Assembly: GCF_001458695.1 (NCBI RefSeq)
Contig: NZ_LN885086.1
Coordinates: forward strand, 2,010,001-2,042,000
Origin: Candidatus Nitrospira inopinata
GTDB taxonomy: Bacteria; Nitrospirota; Nitrospiria; Nitrospirales; Nitrospiraceae
Direction: 5' to 3'
DNA: 32,000 nucleotides
The notes under the pieces were generated by a model that saw only the letters and a list, made by a program, of their open reading frames with translations, was not told the DNA's origin and searched no databases. The stretch's first letter is position 1. The number at the start of each line of letters is the position of its first letter. The translations under genes and the position numbers were made by a program. Shown piece after piece: positions 1 to 8,235 of the stretch.

Positions 1-1248
1 AAGGGCCGGGCGTCGGTGGACGAATGGTTGGAACAGACCTCCATCGCCAACCCCCACGCCAAGCTGACCTATTACACGCCCGAGGGAGAAATCAAGGAAT
101 ACGTCAGGGCCTATCACGAACTGCCGCCGTCGCCGCGGGAGATCAAGCCGCATCCCTACGGCATCGAGTTCGGCATGTTCCTGAAGATGGTGCAGGACAC
201 GAAGAGCCATACGGTGGCGGGATTTTTGGCGAGCGATTTTTGCCGGGTCTCGCCGCAGTCGGCCGAGCAGATGTGCAGGGCGGCCAAGGTCTCGCCGCAG
301 ATGAAGCCACGGGACTTGAAAGGATCAGCCGCCGAAACATTGTATCGGACGATTCAGAACACGAAAATCATGGCTCCGCCGACCAATTGTCTGTCGCCGA
401 TCGGCGAAAAGGCGATCCTCTCCGGTCTCTATAAACAAATCAAGGGCGAGTTTTACACGGCGGTGACCAGACCACCGGCCGTCTATCGCGGCAATCCGTT
501 CGTCATTGAAGCGGGGCTCGCCTATGGCCAGCGACCGGAGGAACACAATAAGACGGTAAAACCGGCCGCCCCTAAAGCCGAGGGAGAGCAAGAAGAGGAT
601 GACGTCGAGCTGGCGCGGGTGATCCGGTATGCGAATCGAGTGCCGCTCCTGTATCAGCAGTCGGCCTGCGCGACCTTCAAGGCCGTGCTCGGCTTGTCAT
701 GGAAAAACTACGGCGTGGCCCAGTCGCGCGGCGCCTTACCGGCCGGCCCGATGGTGATCTTCGTGCACATGGCGTCGGTGTGGGTGCCGTTTACGAGCGA
801 ATCGAAAGAAGCGATCGCCGACTACGACGAGATCCACAAGGAAATCACGCTGGCGTTGCGGGAATGCGGCCGGCGGCTGGGATTGTATTTGCGTCGGCGC
901 GAGCGGGCCGCGAGCGAGTATCGAAGGAGGAACATTTTCGAATTGTACATCGAAGAAGTCGTCGAGGCGTGCAACCGCTTGAAGGGCGGGAAGGTGCCGA
1001 AAGAGAAACTCAAGAAACAGTTGCAGCACATCGCCCTGTCTCGCACCGGCGGGACCAAGACCGACGAGGTGCTGGGGAAAGCCGGAGGAGGGCCGGAGGG
1101 TCTGCCCCATTCCATCATCGTCACGGAGGGTGGCGTGGAAAACGAGACCACCGGCGCATCCGAGGCGGGTGAAACAGGCAGGGCCGATGGACCATCGCCA
1201 GGATCGGCCAACCGGGCGGCTCGCATCCGCCGTGGGGCGACAGCATGA
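1..1248 (+). CDS. top6B: DNA topoisomerase VI subunit B, C-terminal ~410 aa (5' end lies left of the window)
   Basis: Frame 1 is open from base 1. H2TH-like segment (REIKPHPYGIEFG), transducer-domain segments (RYANRVPLLYQQSACA, WVPFTSESKEAI) and a basic helix (RRRERAASEYRRRNIFELYIEEV) match type IIB topoisomerase B subunits. The stop overlaps the next start (ATGA at 1245-1248). Confidence 0.88.
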   Translation, partial: KGRASVDEWLEQTSIANPHAKLTYYTPEGEIKEYVRAYHELPPSPREIKPHPYGIEFGMFLKMVQDTKSHTVAGFLASDFCRVSPQSAEQMCRAAKVSPQMKPRDLKGSAAETLYRTIQNTKIMAPPTNCLSPIGEKAILSGLYKQIKGEFYTAVTRPPAVYRGNPFVIEAGLAYGQRPEEHNKTVKPAAPKAEGEQEEDDVELARVIRYANRVPLLYQQSACATFKAVLGLSWKNYGVAQSRGALPAGPMVIFVHMASVWVPFTSESKEAIADYDEIHKEITLALRECGRRLGLYLRRRERAASEYRRRNIFELYIEEVVEACNRLKGGKVPKEKLKKQLQHIALSRTGGTKTDEVLGKAGGGPEGLPHSIIVTEGGVENETTGASEAGETGRADGPSPGSANRAARIRRGATA

Positions 1249-2348
1249 CGACCAAGACGAAGAAACCCAGCCCGGTCGAAAAGAAACTGGTCGGCCTGGC
1301 CGATCTCGTGATCCAAGCGGCCGAACGGTCCAAAGATCCGACATTGCAGATTCCGATCCGCGCCCTGTCCAACGTCTCGTTCAATGAGCGGAAGGGGATG
1401 ATCGAGATGGGCGAGAAAAAACAGGCTCGCTCGTTCTTCAACGTCGGGATGGCCAAGAAGTTCATGCAGACGATGCTGGTGGCGGACGCCCTGGCGGAGT
1501 TGCAGCGGGCCGAGCTTACCACCTCGCTCCGCGAGATCTATTATCGAACCAAGCACACGATCAGAGATTCCCACGAGAACACGTTCGACACGCAGGACGA
1601 GTCCGATCCGATCATCGAAGATTTGGAGGTTTCTCTCGCCGCGCTTCGGGAAGAGCTGCATGTCCGGGCGGAGAACGCCGGGAGCATCGTCGGGCCGGTC
1701 GTGTTCGGCGACGACGGCGATCGCGTCGACTGCTCGAAACTGGGCAAGGGCGGCTATTCCGTTCCTTCGATCGTGGAGCCGGAGTATCTGGAGATCCGTC
1801 GCTGCACGGCGGATTTCGTGCTGCTCGTCGAAAAGGGCACGCAGTGGAACCGGCTGTCCGAAGACAAGTTCTGGAGGCGGTACAATTGTATTCTGCTCAC
1901 CGGTAACGGCCAGCCGCCGCGTGGTGTGCGGCGGCTGGCGCGACGGCTGCACGAGGAACAGAGACTTCCGGTTTACGTGCTGGTCGATAACGATCCCTGG
2001 GGCTATTACATCTATTCGGTGGTCAAGCAGGGATCGATCAATTTGGCGTTCGAAAGTCAACGCATGGCGATTCCCAAGGCCAAGTTCATGGGGCTCTCCA
2101 GCGCCGACCCCGAACGGTACGGCTTGCCGCGCAACGTCGGCATCAAGCTCAACGACAAGGATGTGGCGCGGGCGAAAGAACTGATGAATTACCAATGGTT
2201 CAAAAAACCGGCCTGGCAGGCGGAGATCAAACGGATGTTGGCGAGTGGATTAAAGTACGAACTCGACGCCTTAGCGAACAAGGACTTCCAGTACCTGACC
2301 AAACAGTATCTCCCTCGAAAATTGCAGGAGCGGGATTGGCTTGATTAG
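1245..2348 (+). CDS. top6A: DNA topoisomerase VI subunit A (Spo11/Top6A family)
   Basis: Catalytic-tyrosine motif LREIYYRTKH. Toprim elements VLLVEKGTQWNRL, LTGNGQPPRGVRRLARRL and VLVDNDPWGYYIY. 367 aa fits the family size. ATGA overlap with top6B. Confidence 0.9.
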   Translation: MTTKTKKPSPVEKKLVGLADLVIQAAERSKDPTLQIPIRALSNVSFNERKGMIEMGEKKQARSFFNVGMAKKFMQTMLVADALAELQRAELTTSLREIYYRTKHTIRDSHENTFDTQDESDPIIEDLEVSLAALREELHVRAENAGSIVGPVVFGDDGDRVDCSKLGKGGYSVPSIVEPEYLEIRRCTADFVLLVEKGTQWNRLSEDKFWRRYNCILLTGNGQPPRGVRRLARRLHEEQRLPVYVLVDNDPWGYYIYSVVKQGSINLAFESQRMAIPKAKFMGLSSADPERYGLPRNVGIKLNDKDVARAKELMNYQWFKKPAWQAEIKRMLASGLKYELDALANKDFQYLTKQYLPRKLQERDWLD

Positions 2349-2385
2349 CCCGTCGCTTCCGTAACCTCGACGTTCCCCATCGGCC

Positions 2386-3945
2386 ATGAAGATCCCGTCG
2401 GCTTGGACTTCGCCGCTTCGCGATTGGCAGCGTCGTGCGTTTGAGGCCGTCCGTACCCATCACGCGGCCGACTTTTTGGCCATGGCGACGCCGGCCGCGG
2501 GGAAAACGCGGTTCGCACTGCGCGTGGCCCACGAGTTTTTGAAAGCCGGCCGCGCGCAACGGCTTCTGGTGGTCTGCCCCACCAGCCACCTGCGCAGGCA
2601 ATGGGCGGATGCTGCGGGAACCGTCGGGTTGCAGCTTGATCCGGCCTTGACGAACGAACGGGCGCTGGAGGCTACGGACTATCACGGCGCGACGGTGACC
2701 TATCAGCATGTCTGCTCCGCTCCGGAAATGGTGCGCCGCGGCTGTCTCGCCAAAAAGACGCTGGTCGTGTTGGACGAGCTGCACCATGCGGGCGACGGCA
2801 AACAGTGGGGCAGATCGCTGAAAACGGCGCTGGAAGCGGCGGTGTTTCGCCTGATTTTATCCGGCACCCCCTTTCGCTCCGACAATGATGCCATTCCCTT
2901 CGTCCGGTACGTGCAGGGCGAGAGCCAGCCGGACTTTTCTTACGGGTACAGTGAAGCGATCGGCGACGGCGTCTGCCGGCCGATCCTCTTTCCCAGCTAT
3001 GAAGGCGAGTTGACCTGGGTGTCGAAAGGCCGTGAGCATACGGCCACGTTCGAGGACGGTTTGCCGTTCGATCGGCAGCGGGAGCGGTTGAAGACGGCGT
3101 TGCTGCAAGAGTCGTGGTTGGGGTCGGTGATCGCGGACGCCCATGCGCAGCTCGTTCGGGTTCGGCGGGAAGAGCAGCCCGACGCGGGAGGGCTCATCGT
3201 GGCCATGGATCAAGACCATGCCCGTTGGGTGGCCGATCTGGTCGGTCGCGTCGCCGGCGTCAAGGCGGCGGTGGCCGTCTCGGACGATCCGCAGGCGTCT
3301 TCCGTCATCGAAATGTTCACCGACGATGGAAAACAACAGTGGCTGGTGGCGGTCAACATGGTCAGCGAAGGGGTGGATATTCCTCGTCTGCGCGTCGGGA
3401 TCTATGGCACCAACGTGTTGACGGAGATGTACTTCCGGCAGGTGGTCGGACGGTTCGTTCGCATGCAGGACCATGTGCCGAAGCCGCAACGGGCGTGGCT
3501 CTATCTGCCCAAAGACCCGGTCTTGGCCCATTACGCCAGGCAGATCAAAGACGAGCGCGATCACGTGTTGGAGGACGTCCTCTCGTCCGGACAACGGGAT
3601 CTTTTCGACCGCGTGACCGTCTCCATGAACGAATATCGGCCGCTGATGGCCGTGGCTCGCATGGACACGGTGATCGGAGCGGAAGAGGCCGAGGAGATCG
3701 ATCGCGCGGCGGTGGGGGGCGCGCCGCCGGTTTCTTTGCACGAGCTCAAGCAAGAACTGCGGGATCTCCACCGGCTGCTTGTCAGCGCCGTGGCCAGGCA
3801 GAGCGGCGTGGATCATCGGCGTCTCAACGCGGAGTTGATCGCGCGGACCGGCAGTCGGATCGATCAGGCGACGGTCGAGCAGCTTCGCAAACGGATTCAA
3901 CTTCTCGAACGGTGGCGCGACCAGGGGTACGACGGTAAACGTTGA
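2386..3945 (+). CDS. SF2 DEAD/DEAH-box (ResIII-type) helicase with helical C-terminal extension
   Basis: Helicase motifs I ATPAAGKT, Ia VVCPTSHL, II VLDELHH, III LSGTPFRSD, V MVSEGVDIP, VI QVVGRFVR. Starts 38 nt downstream of top6A on the same strand. No obvious SD. Confidence 0.85.
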   Translation: MKIPSAWTSPLRDWQRRAFEAVRTHHAADFLAMATPAAGKTRFALRVAHEFLKAGRAQRLLVVCPTSHLRRQWADAAGTVGLQLDPALTNERALEATDYHGATVTYQHVCSAPEMVRRGCLAKKTLVVLDELHHAGDGKQWGRSLKTALEAAVFRLILSGTPFRSDNDAIPFVRYVQGESQPDFSYGYSEAIGDGVCRPILFPSYEGELTWVSKGREHTATFEDGLPFDRQRERLKTALLQESWLGSVIADAHAQLVRVRREEQPDAGGLIVAMDQDHARWVADLVGRVAGVKAAVAVSDDPQASSVIEMFTDDGKQQWLVAVNMVSEGVDIPRLRVGIYGTNVLTEMYFRQVVGRFVRMQDHVPKPQRAWLYLPKDPVLAHYARQIKDERDHVLEDVLSSGQRDLFDRVTVSMNEYRPLMAVARMDTVIGAEEAEEIDRAAVGGAPPVSLHELKQELRDLHRLLVSAVARQSGVDHRRLNAELIARTGSRIDQATVEQLRKRIQLLERWRDQGYDGKR

Positions 3946-4055
3946 ACTCTTCGATCACGATGGTGCCGCCGACTTCCTTCCTTTTCGGCCCGGCACCCTG
4001 CGCCAAAGGACGAATAGTGGTCCAGGTGGGCGTTTCCGACGCGGTTCTCGTGAAG

Positions 4056-4091
4056 AGCTGTGCGAGGGCGGGGTCCCGCCCCCGCACAGCT
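4056..4091. terminator. GC-rich hairpin between convergent genes (putative bidirectional terminator, no U-tract)
   Basis: AGCTGTGCGAGGGCGGGGTCCCGCCCCCGCACAGCT: a 9 bp plus ~5 bp stem with a single A-C mismatch. It lies between the helicase stop (3945) and the stop of the minus-strand gene (4134). Confidence 0.5.
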
Positions 4092-4133
4092 TGGCGGGAA
4101 TCAATGCGAGCGATGACAGGCGGCCGTTGCCGG

Positions 4134-5621
4134 CTACTTGTCGTCGCGATCCTCATCACCTTCCTGATCGTCCTCATCGTCGAGTTCGATGGAGGCTCCA
4201 CGATCACGATCTTTTTGACCTTTTTGATAGGCCATCGGCCTCACGTAGTCGCCGAGATCGCTCGCGGAGACTTTATAGGCGTGCAATACGCCCGGAAGCA
4301 GCTTGTAGCTGCCGTCGGCGGGCAGATCGAACGTTTCGTTGATCACGCCGTCCGTGGCGTCGGCCGTCGTGAAACAGGCGGTCGTGTGGCCGAGCGGACA
4401 TTGGATGGAGGTCGCCCAGGGATCGGCGTCACTGACCCGAAAGTACACGTCGAATTGTGTCCCACTGTCGTTCTGCGTCACACTGTAGTCGTTGTCCGTG
4501 CCGACGACCAAGACGTAGCCACCGTCCTTGAGGCGCGGACCAATGGCCAGCCCTTCCCACTTTTCCGGGACCTTGTTGCCAAGCTCCGGCAGGGTGTCGG
4601 CGGTGAGGTCAAGAAAGGGAACCGGCTGTTTGGTGACCTTTCCGGAGGGACAGGCTGAGGATGGGAAGGGTGGAGCCGGTGGGCTGTAGTCGGTGGCTCC
4701 TGTCATATCGATGCGGAATAGTTTCTTGTTCGGCGGTGAAAGGGTGGCACCGACACCGATGCCTCGGTTGTTCCGTTCGAGCACGAGAAACTCATGGTCG
4801 TTGATGGCCAACAGCCCGGACACACCGCGGCCTTGGCTGGCCCCTTCCAGTTGATAGGCATATTGCGCGACGGCGGTGCCGGTAGCGGTGCTGAACTTCA
4901 CGAGGCGAAGGCACACACCGTTGCTGCCTCCCTCATCCAGCATGGCGCTTTGGAGCATGGCATAGACATAAGCCCCATCGGGACTGACGGCCAATCCTTC
5001 AAACCCACGGTTCGATCTCTTGCCGGCCGTATTGCCGCTGTCGCCTGCGTAGTTGGGCATTCCGGCGGCGTTGCGGGGAATCAGATTGGTGGGGATGGCA
5101 AAAGAACGGACCCGGCGTCCCTTGCGGTTGAATTCATAGAGGGATGGGCCGTATTCATCCGACACATAGAAATGGCCGTTGCGGGGATCGATCACGAATC
5201 CTTCCGGATCGAAAGCGTTACCCAAGACGCTGGGCGGAGTGGGCGCCAGACCGTTTAAGGGATTTCCAAACTCGTCCTTGAAGATGATGGTCTTGAGGAT
5301 TTTGAACCCGCCGATCGCGCCGGTCTTCTTATCGACCTTCAAGCGAAACCGCTGGACGCGGGTCTGGTAATCCAGCGAGCCGCCACCAGGACCTCGATCG
5401 GAGAGACCGTACCACTGGTTTCGCTTGGCGTCATAGTAGAGGTCCGAGAAATAACCGACCCGGCCGGTATTGGCGTCCGTGCCGCCGCTCCGATCGAGCA
5501 TGGCTCCGTCTAGCGCGAGACCGTTCACAAATTCCGGCGCGGCTGAAACACCCGACACGGTCGCTGTACTGAGCAACCCCACTGCCGTCACTATCGTCAT
5601 CACCTGTCGCAACACCTTCAT
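4134..5621 (-). CDS. secreted esterase-like-activity-of-phytase (phytase-like) family protein
   Basis: N-terminal signal peptide (MKVLRQVMTIVTAVGLLSTATVSGVSAA). Family-like segments GYFSDLYYDAKRNQWYGLSDRGPGGG, AFDPEGFVIDPRNGHFYVSDEYG, NRGFEGLAVSPDGAYVYAM. Strong SD (GGAGGGGAGGA) just upstream of the ATG. Confidence 0.7.
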   Translation of the reverse strand: MKVLRQVMTIVTAVGLLSTATVSGVSAAPEFVNGLALDGAMLDRSGGTDANTGRVGYFSDLYYDAKRNQWYGLSDRGPGGGSLDYQTRVQRFRLKVDKKTGAIGGFKILKTIIFKDEFGNPLNGLAPTPPSVLGNAFDPEGFVIDPRNGHFYVSDEYGPSLYEFNRKGRRVRSFAIPTNLIPRNAAGMPNYAGDSGNTAGKRSNRGFEGLAVSPDGAYVYAMLQSAMLDEGGSNGVCLRLVKFSTATGTAVAQYAYQLEGASQGRGVSGLLAINDHEFLVLERNNRGIGVGATLSPPNKKLFRIDMTGATDYSPPAPPFPSSACPSGKVTKQPVPFLDLTADTLPELGNKVPEKWEGLAIGPRLKDGGYVLVVGTDNDYSVTQNDSGTQFDVYFRVSDADPWATSIQCPLGHTTACFTTADATDGVINETFDLPADGSYKLLPGVLHAYKVSASDLGDYVRPMAYQKGQKDRDRGASIELDDEDDQEGDEDRDDK

Positions 5622-5921
5622 CCTCCCCTCCGATCGTTGAGAAGTTGTGGAGCATCACGCAAAGATTTCCCGGAAGCCTCTTCTCCACTGTCCGCTGCAT
5701 GCCACGGCCCCATGGCACACCACGGCATGGGAAAGAGTGGTTGAGGAAAACCGCCGAAGAGAACTGTCTGGTGACACCGTAGGAGACGGCCGTTACTGTT
5801 GCGTCAGCAAAGGATGAAAGAAGAGTTAAGAGAGCGAGAGATTCGGCAGGACCACAGCCAGCCTGTCGGAGGGCAGGAGCCGAATGTTAGTGGCCGGCCG
5901 AGAAAGTGCACGAGACTGTGG

Positions 5922-6221
5922 CTATCGCTGGAGGGCAGTTTCTTTCGCGCGTAGATATTTGTCGAAGACGAACGTGCCGAAGGGGAGGATCGAGGCAATG
6001 AAGGCTTGGAAGCAAAATCTATTGTCCCATTGATAGGCGGCGCGGAGCTTGACGAGCCTTGCGACATAGAGCAGGAACAGAATCCCGTGGATCGATCCCA
6101 CGATCCTCACGGCCAGGGGCAGGCCCATCAGATACTTCAACGGCATGGCGATAAAGAGCAGGATGACGAACGACGTGCCCTCGGCCAATGCGATTGTTCT
6201 GAAAGCCCGGATTGGGTGCAT
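5922..6221 (-). CDS. DUF3817-family small membrane protein
   Basis: From the internal Met (MHPIRAFRTIALAEGTSFVILLFIAMPLKY...GSIHGILFLLYV...ILPFGTF) the product is ~99 aa, as in DUF3817 proteins. The longer ORF to 6581 would overlap the divergent gene at 6471, so it is rejected. The Met at 6257 is an alternative start. Confidence 0.72.
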   Translation of the reverse strand: MHPIRAFRTIALAEGTSFVILLFIAMPLKYLMGLPLAVRIVGSIHGILFLLYVARLVKLRAAYQWDNRFCFQAFIASILPFGTFVFDKYLRAKETALQR

Positions 6222-6470
6222 GGGTGTCTCGGTGCTCAGGCTCTCTTTGGGGAGCATGCGCGGGCGGTATTGTCGGGGACCGGTCGGGTTGATGTCAACT
6301 TCAGGGCTTTGGCCAATCCTTATGGTGGCTTTGATGGGAATTCTTGCGTGAAAACAAAGCTCGGAGAACTGTTTCGCTTGAGACAAAATCTTCCGGTCAT
6401 ATAAGCAGCTAAGCAGTGTCTGAGCGCGGAAACGCTCGGAGCCGGCCGGATGTGGTAAGCTCCCGACCCT

Positions 6471-7625
6471 ATGCGTATTTTCGTTCTCGGTGTCGGAGCC
6501 ACCGGCTCCTACCTCGTCAAACTTCTCCTTCGTCAGGGCCACCATGTGACGTGCGGCGATCGAGATCCGGAGCGGGCCCACCGTTTCTTGGGGGGGACGG
6601 TACCGGTCGCTGTTGAGCGGGTGAACGGGCGCAATCGGTGGAGCGTCATCAAGGCCTCACGGGGCGCCCAGTTGATCGTGAACATGTTGCCGTCCGTCTG
6701 TAACCGGACCGTGCTCCGTGCCGCGCTCCATGTCCGGGCTCATTATCTCGATACGGCCGCTCATCTGACGAAGAGCCCCTTTCGCGCCGAACAGTTGCAG
6801 TTCACACGCCGTTTTATAGAGAAGCGTCGGACGGCCGTCATCACCGCCGGGGTTGCGCCGGGGCTGACCAATCTTCTCGCGGCTGCGGCCGCAGATTCAC
6901 TCGATGCGGTCGAGACTGTTCGGGTTCGGCTCTATGAATCCACAGAAAGCGAGCATCCTGTCTCGCAATGGTCGGCGGAAGTATCTTTTGACGAGGCTGT
7001 CTCGCGCCCCCGTCTCTATCGCGACGGCAGGTTTCTGCTCGGCCGGCGATTCGGCGAACGCGAAATGTTTCGTTTCCCGGCGCCGATCGGTTCGGTGCCG
7101 GTCATGCTGGCGGCTCAAGACGAAGTGGTCACGCTTCCCCATGTAATTCCTCTCCGATCGATGGATGCCAAGATCGGCGGGTCGGATGTCGATCGTCTGC
7201 GCAGATGGTACCGCCAGGGGAAGCTCAGAAAATCGCGAGGGCTCGTGTCCTCACGCTTCCCGCGAATGCCGACGCCGGGCACGGTGGATCGTCTGATCCG
7301 TCGGGGGATTCTTCACGATGCACATTTTGCGGCCGCCGTGGTTGTTGAGGGCGTCAAAGCCGGCCGCCGGATGACGATTCGCTGGGACGCCGCAATGCCG
7401 AGCCTGTCCCGGCTTTACCGGCAAGGGGAGTTACGGCCGCCCATCGCTTGGGCGATGGCGCGCATGGCGTCGCTGTTTGTGAAACATTTTCCTCGTGATC
7501 TCATCGGTGTCCATGCTCCGGAGGCCCTCCCTCAGGAGATCCGGCGCGCCATCCTGCGCGATGCCCGCGCGCGAGGGTTTCGCCTTGTGAAGCATGTGAC
7601 AGTGCGGGCACGGCGCCCTTCCTGA
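6471..7625 (+). CDS. saccharopine dehydrogenase-like NAD(P)-binding protein
   Basis: N-terminal Rossmann motif MRIFVLGVGATGSYLV. ITAGVAPGLTNLLAA is typical of saccharopine dehydrogenase / homospermidine synthase-like enzymes. No SD in front of the ATG. Confidence 0.78.
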   Translation: MRIFVLGVGATGSYLVKLLLRQGHHVTCGDRDPERAHRFLGGTVPVAVERVNGRNRWSVIKASRGAQLIVNMLPSVCNRTVLRAALHVRAHYLDTAAHLTKSPFRAEQLQFTRRFIEKRRTAVITAGVAPGLTNLLAAAAADSLDAVETVRVRLYESTESEHPVSQWSAEVSFDEAVSRPRLYRDGRFLLGRRFGEREMFRFPAPIGSVPVMLAAQDEVVTLPHVIPLRSMDAKIGGSDVDRLRRWYRQGKLRKSRGLVSSRFPRMPTPGTVDRLIRRGILHDAHFAAAVVVEGVKAGRRMTIRWDAAMPSLSRLYRQGELRPPIAWAMARMASLFVKHFPRDLIGVHAPEALPQEIRRAILRDARARGFRLVKHVTVRARRPS

Positions 7626-7644
7626 ACGGTCCTAGTTCTGCGCC

Positions 7645-7674
7645 TTGCACGGGCTTTTCAGCGGGTGCTAAGAT
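7645..7674 (+). promoter_or_regulatory. sigma70-like promoter (TTGCAC-N18-TAAGAT)
   Basis: The hexamers sit 39 nt upstream of the ATG at 7713, in the only sizeable gap before the co-directional run 7713-15161. Confidence 0.35.
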
Positions 7675-7712
7675 TTCGGCGTCGATTGGCTTGAAGCCGT
7701 TGAGAAAAGACC

Positions 7713-7979
7713 ATGCCCAACATTACGTTGCTCGTCTCGTCCAGTTGCGGGGCCTGCCCGTCGGCCAAGAGTCTGTGGAAGCAGTTGCGCACAAAGTACA
7801 GTTTTTCTTACCGAGAAATCGACATCGGGACGAAAGACGGGCAGGAGCTGGCCGAACGTCATTCGGTTCGCGCGGTTCCCGCCACCATCATCGACGGCCG
7901 GCTGACCTTCGTCGGCGTGCCGAGCCGTGAAAGCGCGGAAAAGGCCCTTCAGTTGAAACTCAAGCAACGGGAAGGATGA
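7713..7979 (+). CDS. thioredoxin/glutaredoxin-fold small protein (CxxC)
   Basis: CGAC active-site-like motif near the N-terminus (LLVSSSCGACPSAKSLW). cis-Pro-type motif VRAVPATIIDG. 88 aa. Confidence 0.7.
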   Translation: MPNITLLVSSSCGACPSAKSLWKQLRTKYSFSYREIDIGTKDGQELAERHSVRAVPATIIDGRLTFVGVPSRESAEKALQLKLKQREG

Positions 7980-7984
7980 ACATC

Positions 7985-8140
7985 ATGGACGAAGACGATA
8001 TTGAACTGCCGGTCCTTCCTCGGTTTGACAAGGGCCCGCCGCCTGATTGCCCGATCTGCGGCGATCCCATGTCGTTTGTGGACGGCGATTGGGCCTGCGT
8101 GGACTGTAACGGCGAACTGCTGGGGCCGGAGACCGGCTGA
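7985..8140 (+). CDS. 51-aa zinc-ribbon protein (not in the supplied ORF track, below its length cutoff)
   Basis: ATG at 7985 lies 5 nt after the previous stop and is preceded by GGGAAGGA (SD-like). It translates to MDEDDIELPVLPRFDKGPPPDCPICGDPMSFVDGDWACVDCNGELLGPETG, with two CxxC knuckles and an acidic N-terminus. Stop TGA at 8138-8140. GC-rich third positions like the neighbouring genes. Confidence 0.55.
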   Translation: MDEDDIELPVLPRFDKGPPPDCPICGDPMSFVDGDWACVDCNGELLGPETG

Positions 8141-8235
8141 CGGTTCGTTGTTCGGTGTTTGCCGGCTGTCGATGCGCAGAAGCCGCGAGTATCTTGCTTT
8201 GTGACCACGATCCTTGACGATCGACGGTTTCTCCC

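Noticed and set aside
822-2195. 457-aa minus-strand ORF antisense to top6B/top6A
   Set aside because: It is a shadow ORF of the kind common in high-GC DNA. Its sequence is Arg/Pro/Gly-rich and low-complexity with no motifs, while the plus-strand genes carry unambiguous family motifs.
2857-3900. 347-aa minus-strand ORF antisense to the SF2 helicase
   Set aside because: Same reasoning: there is no recognisable domain, and the opposite strand encodes all the helicase motifs in order.
3942-4658. 238-aa plus-strand ORF overlapping the 3' part of the phytase-like gene
   Set aside because: It is antisense to a gene with a signal peptide, a strong SD and family motifs, and it would also run through the terminator hairpin.
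6440-6470. Possible extended -10 element (TGgTAAGCT) 9 nt upstream of the ATG at 6471, hinting at a leaderless transcript
   Set aside because: The hexamer matches only 3 of 6 consensus positions and has no convincing -35. It is too weak to report as a feature.
6222-6581. N-terminal 120-aa extension of the DUF3817 ORF
   Set aside because: The extension has no hydrophobic or family features and would overlap the divergent saccharopine-dehydrogenase-like gene start by 111 nt. An internal Met gives the family-typical ~100-aa protein.
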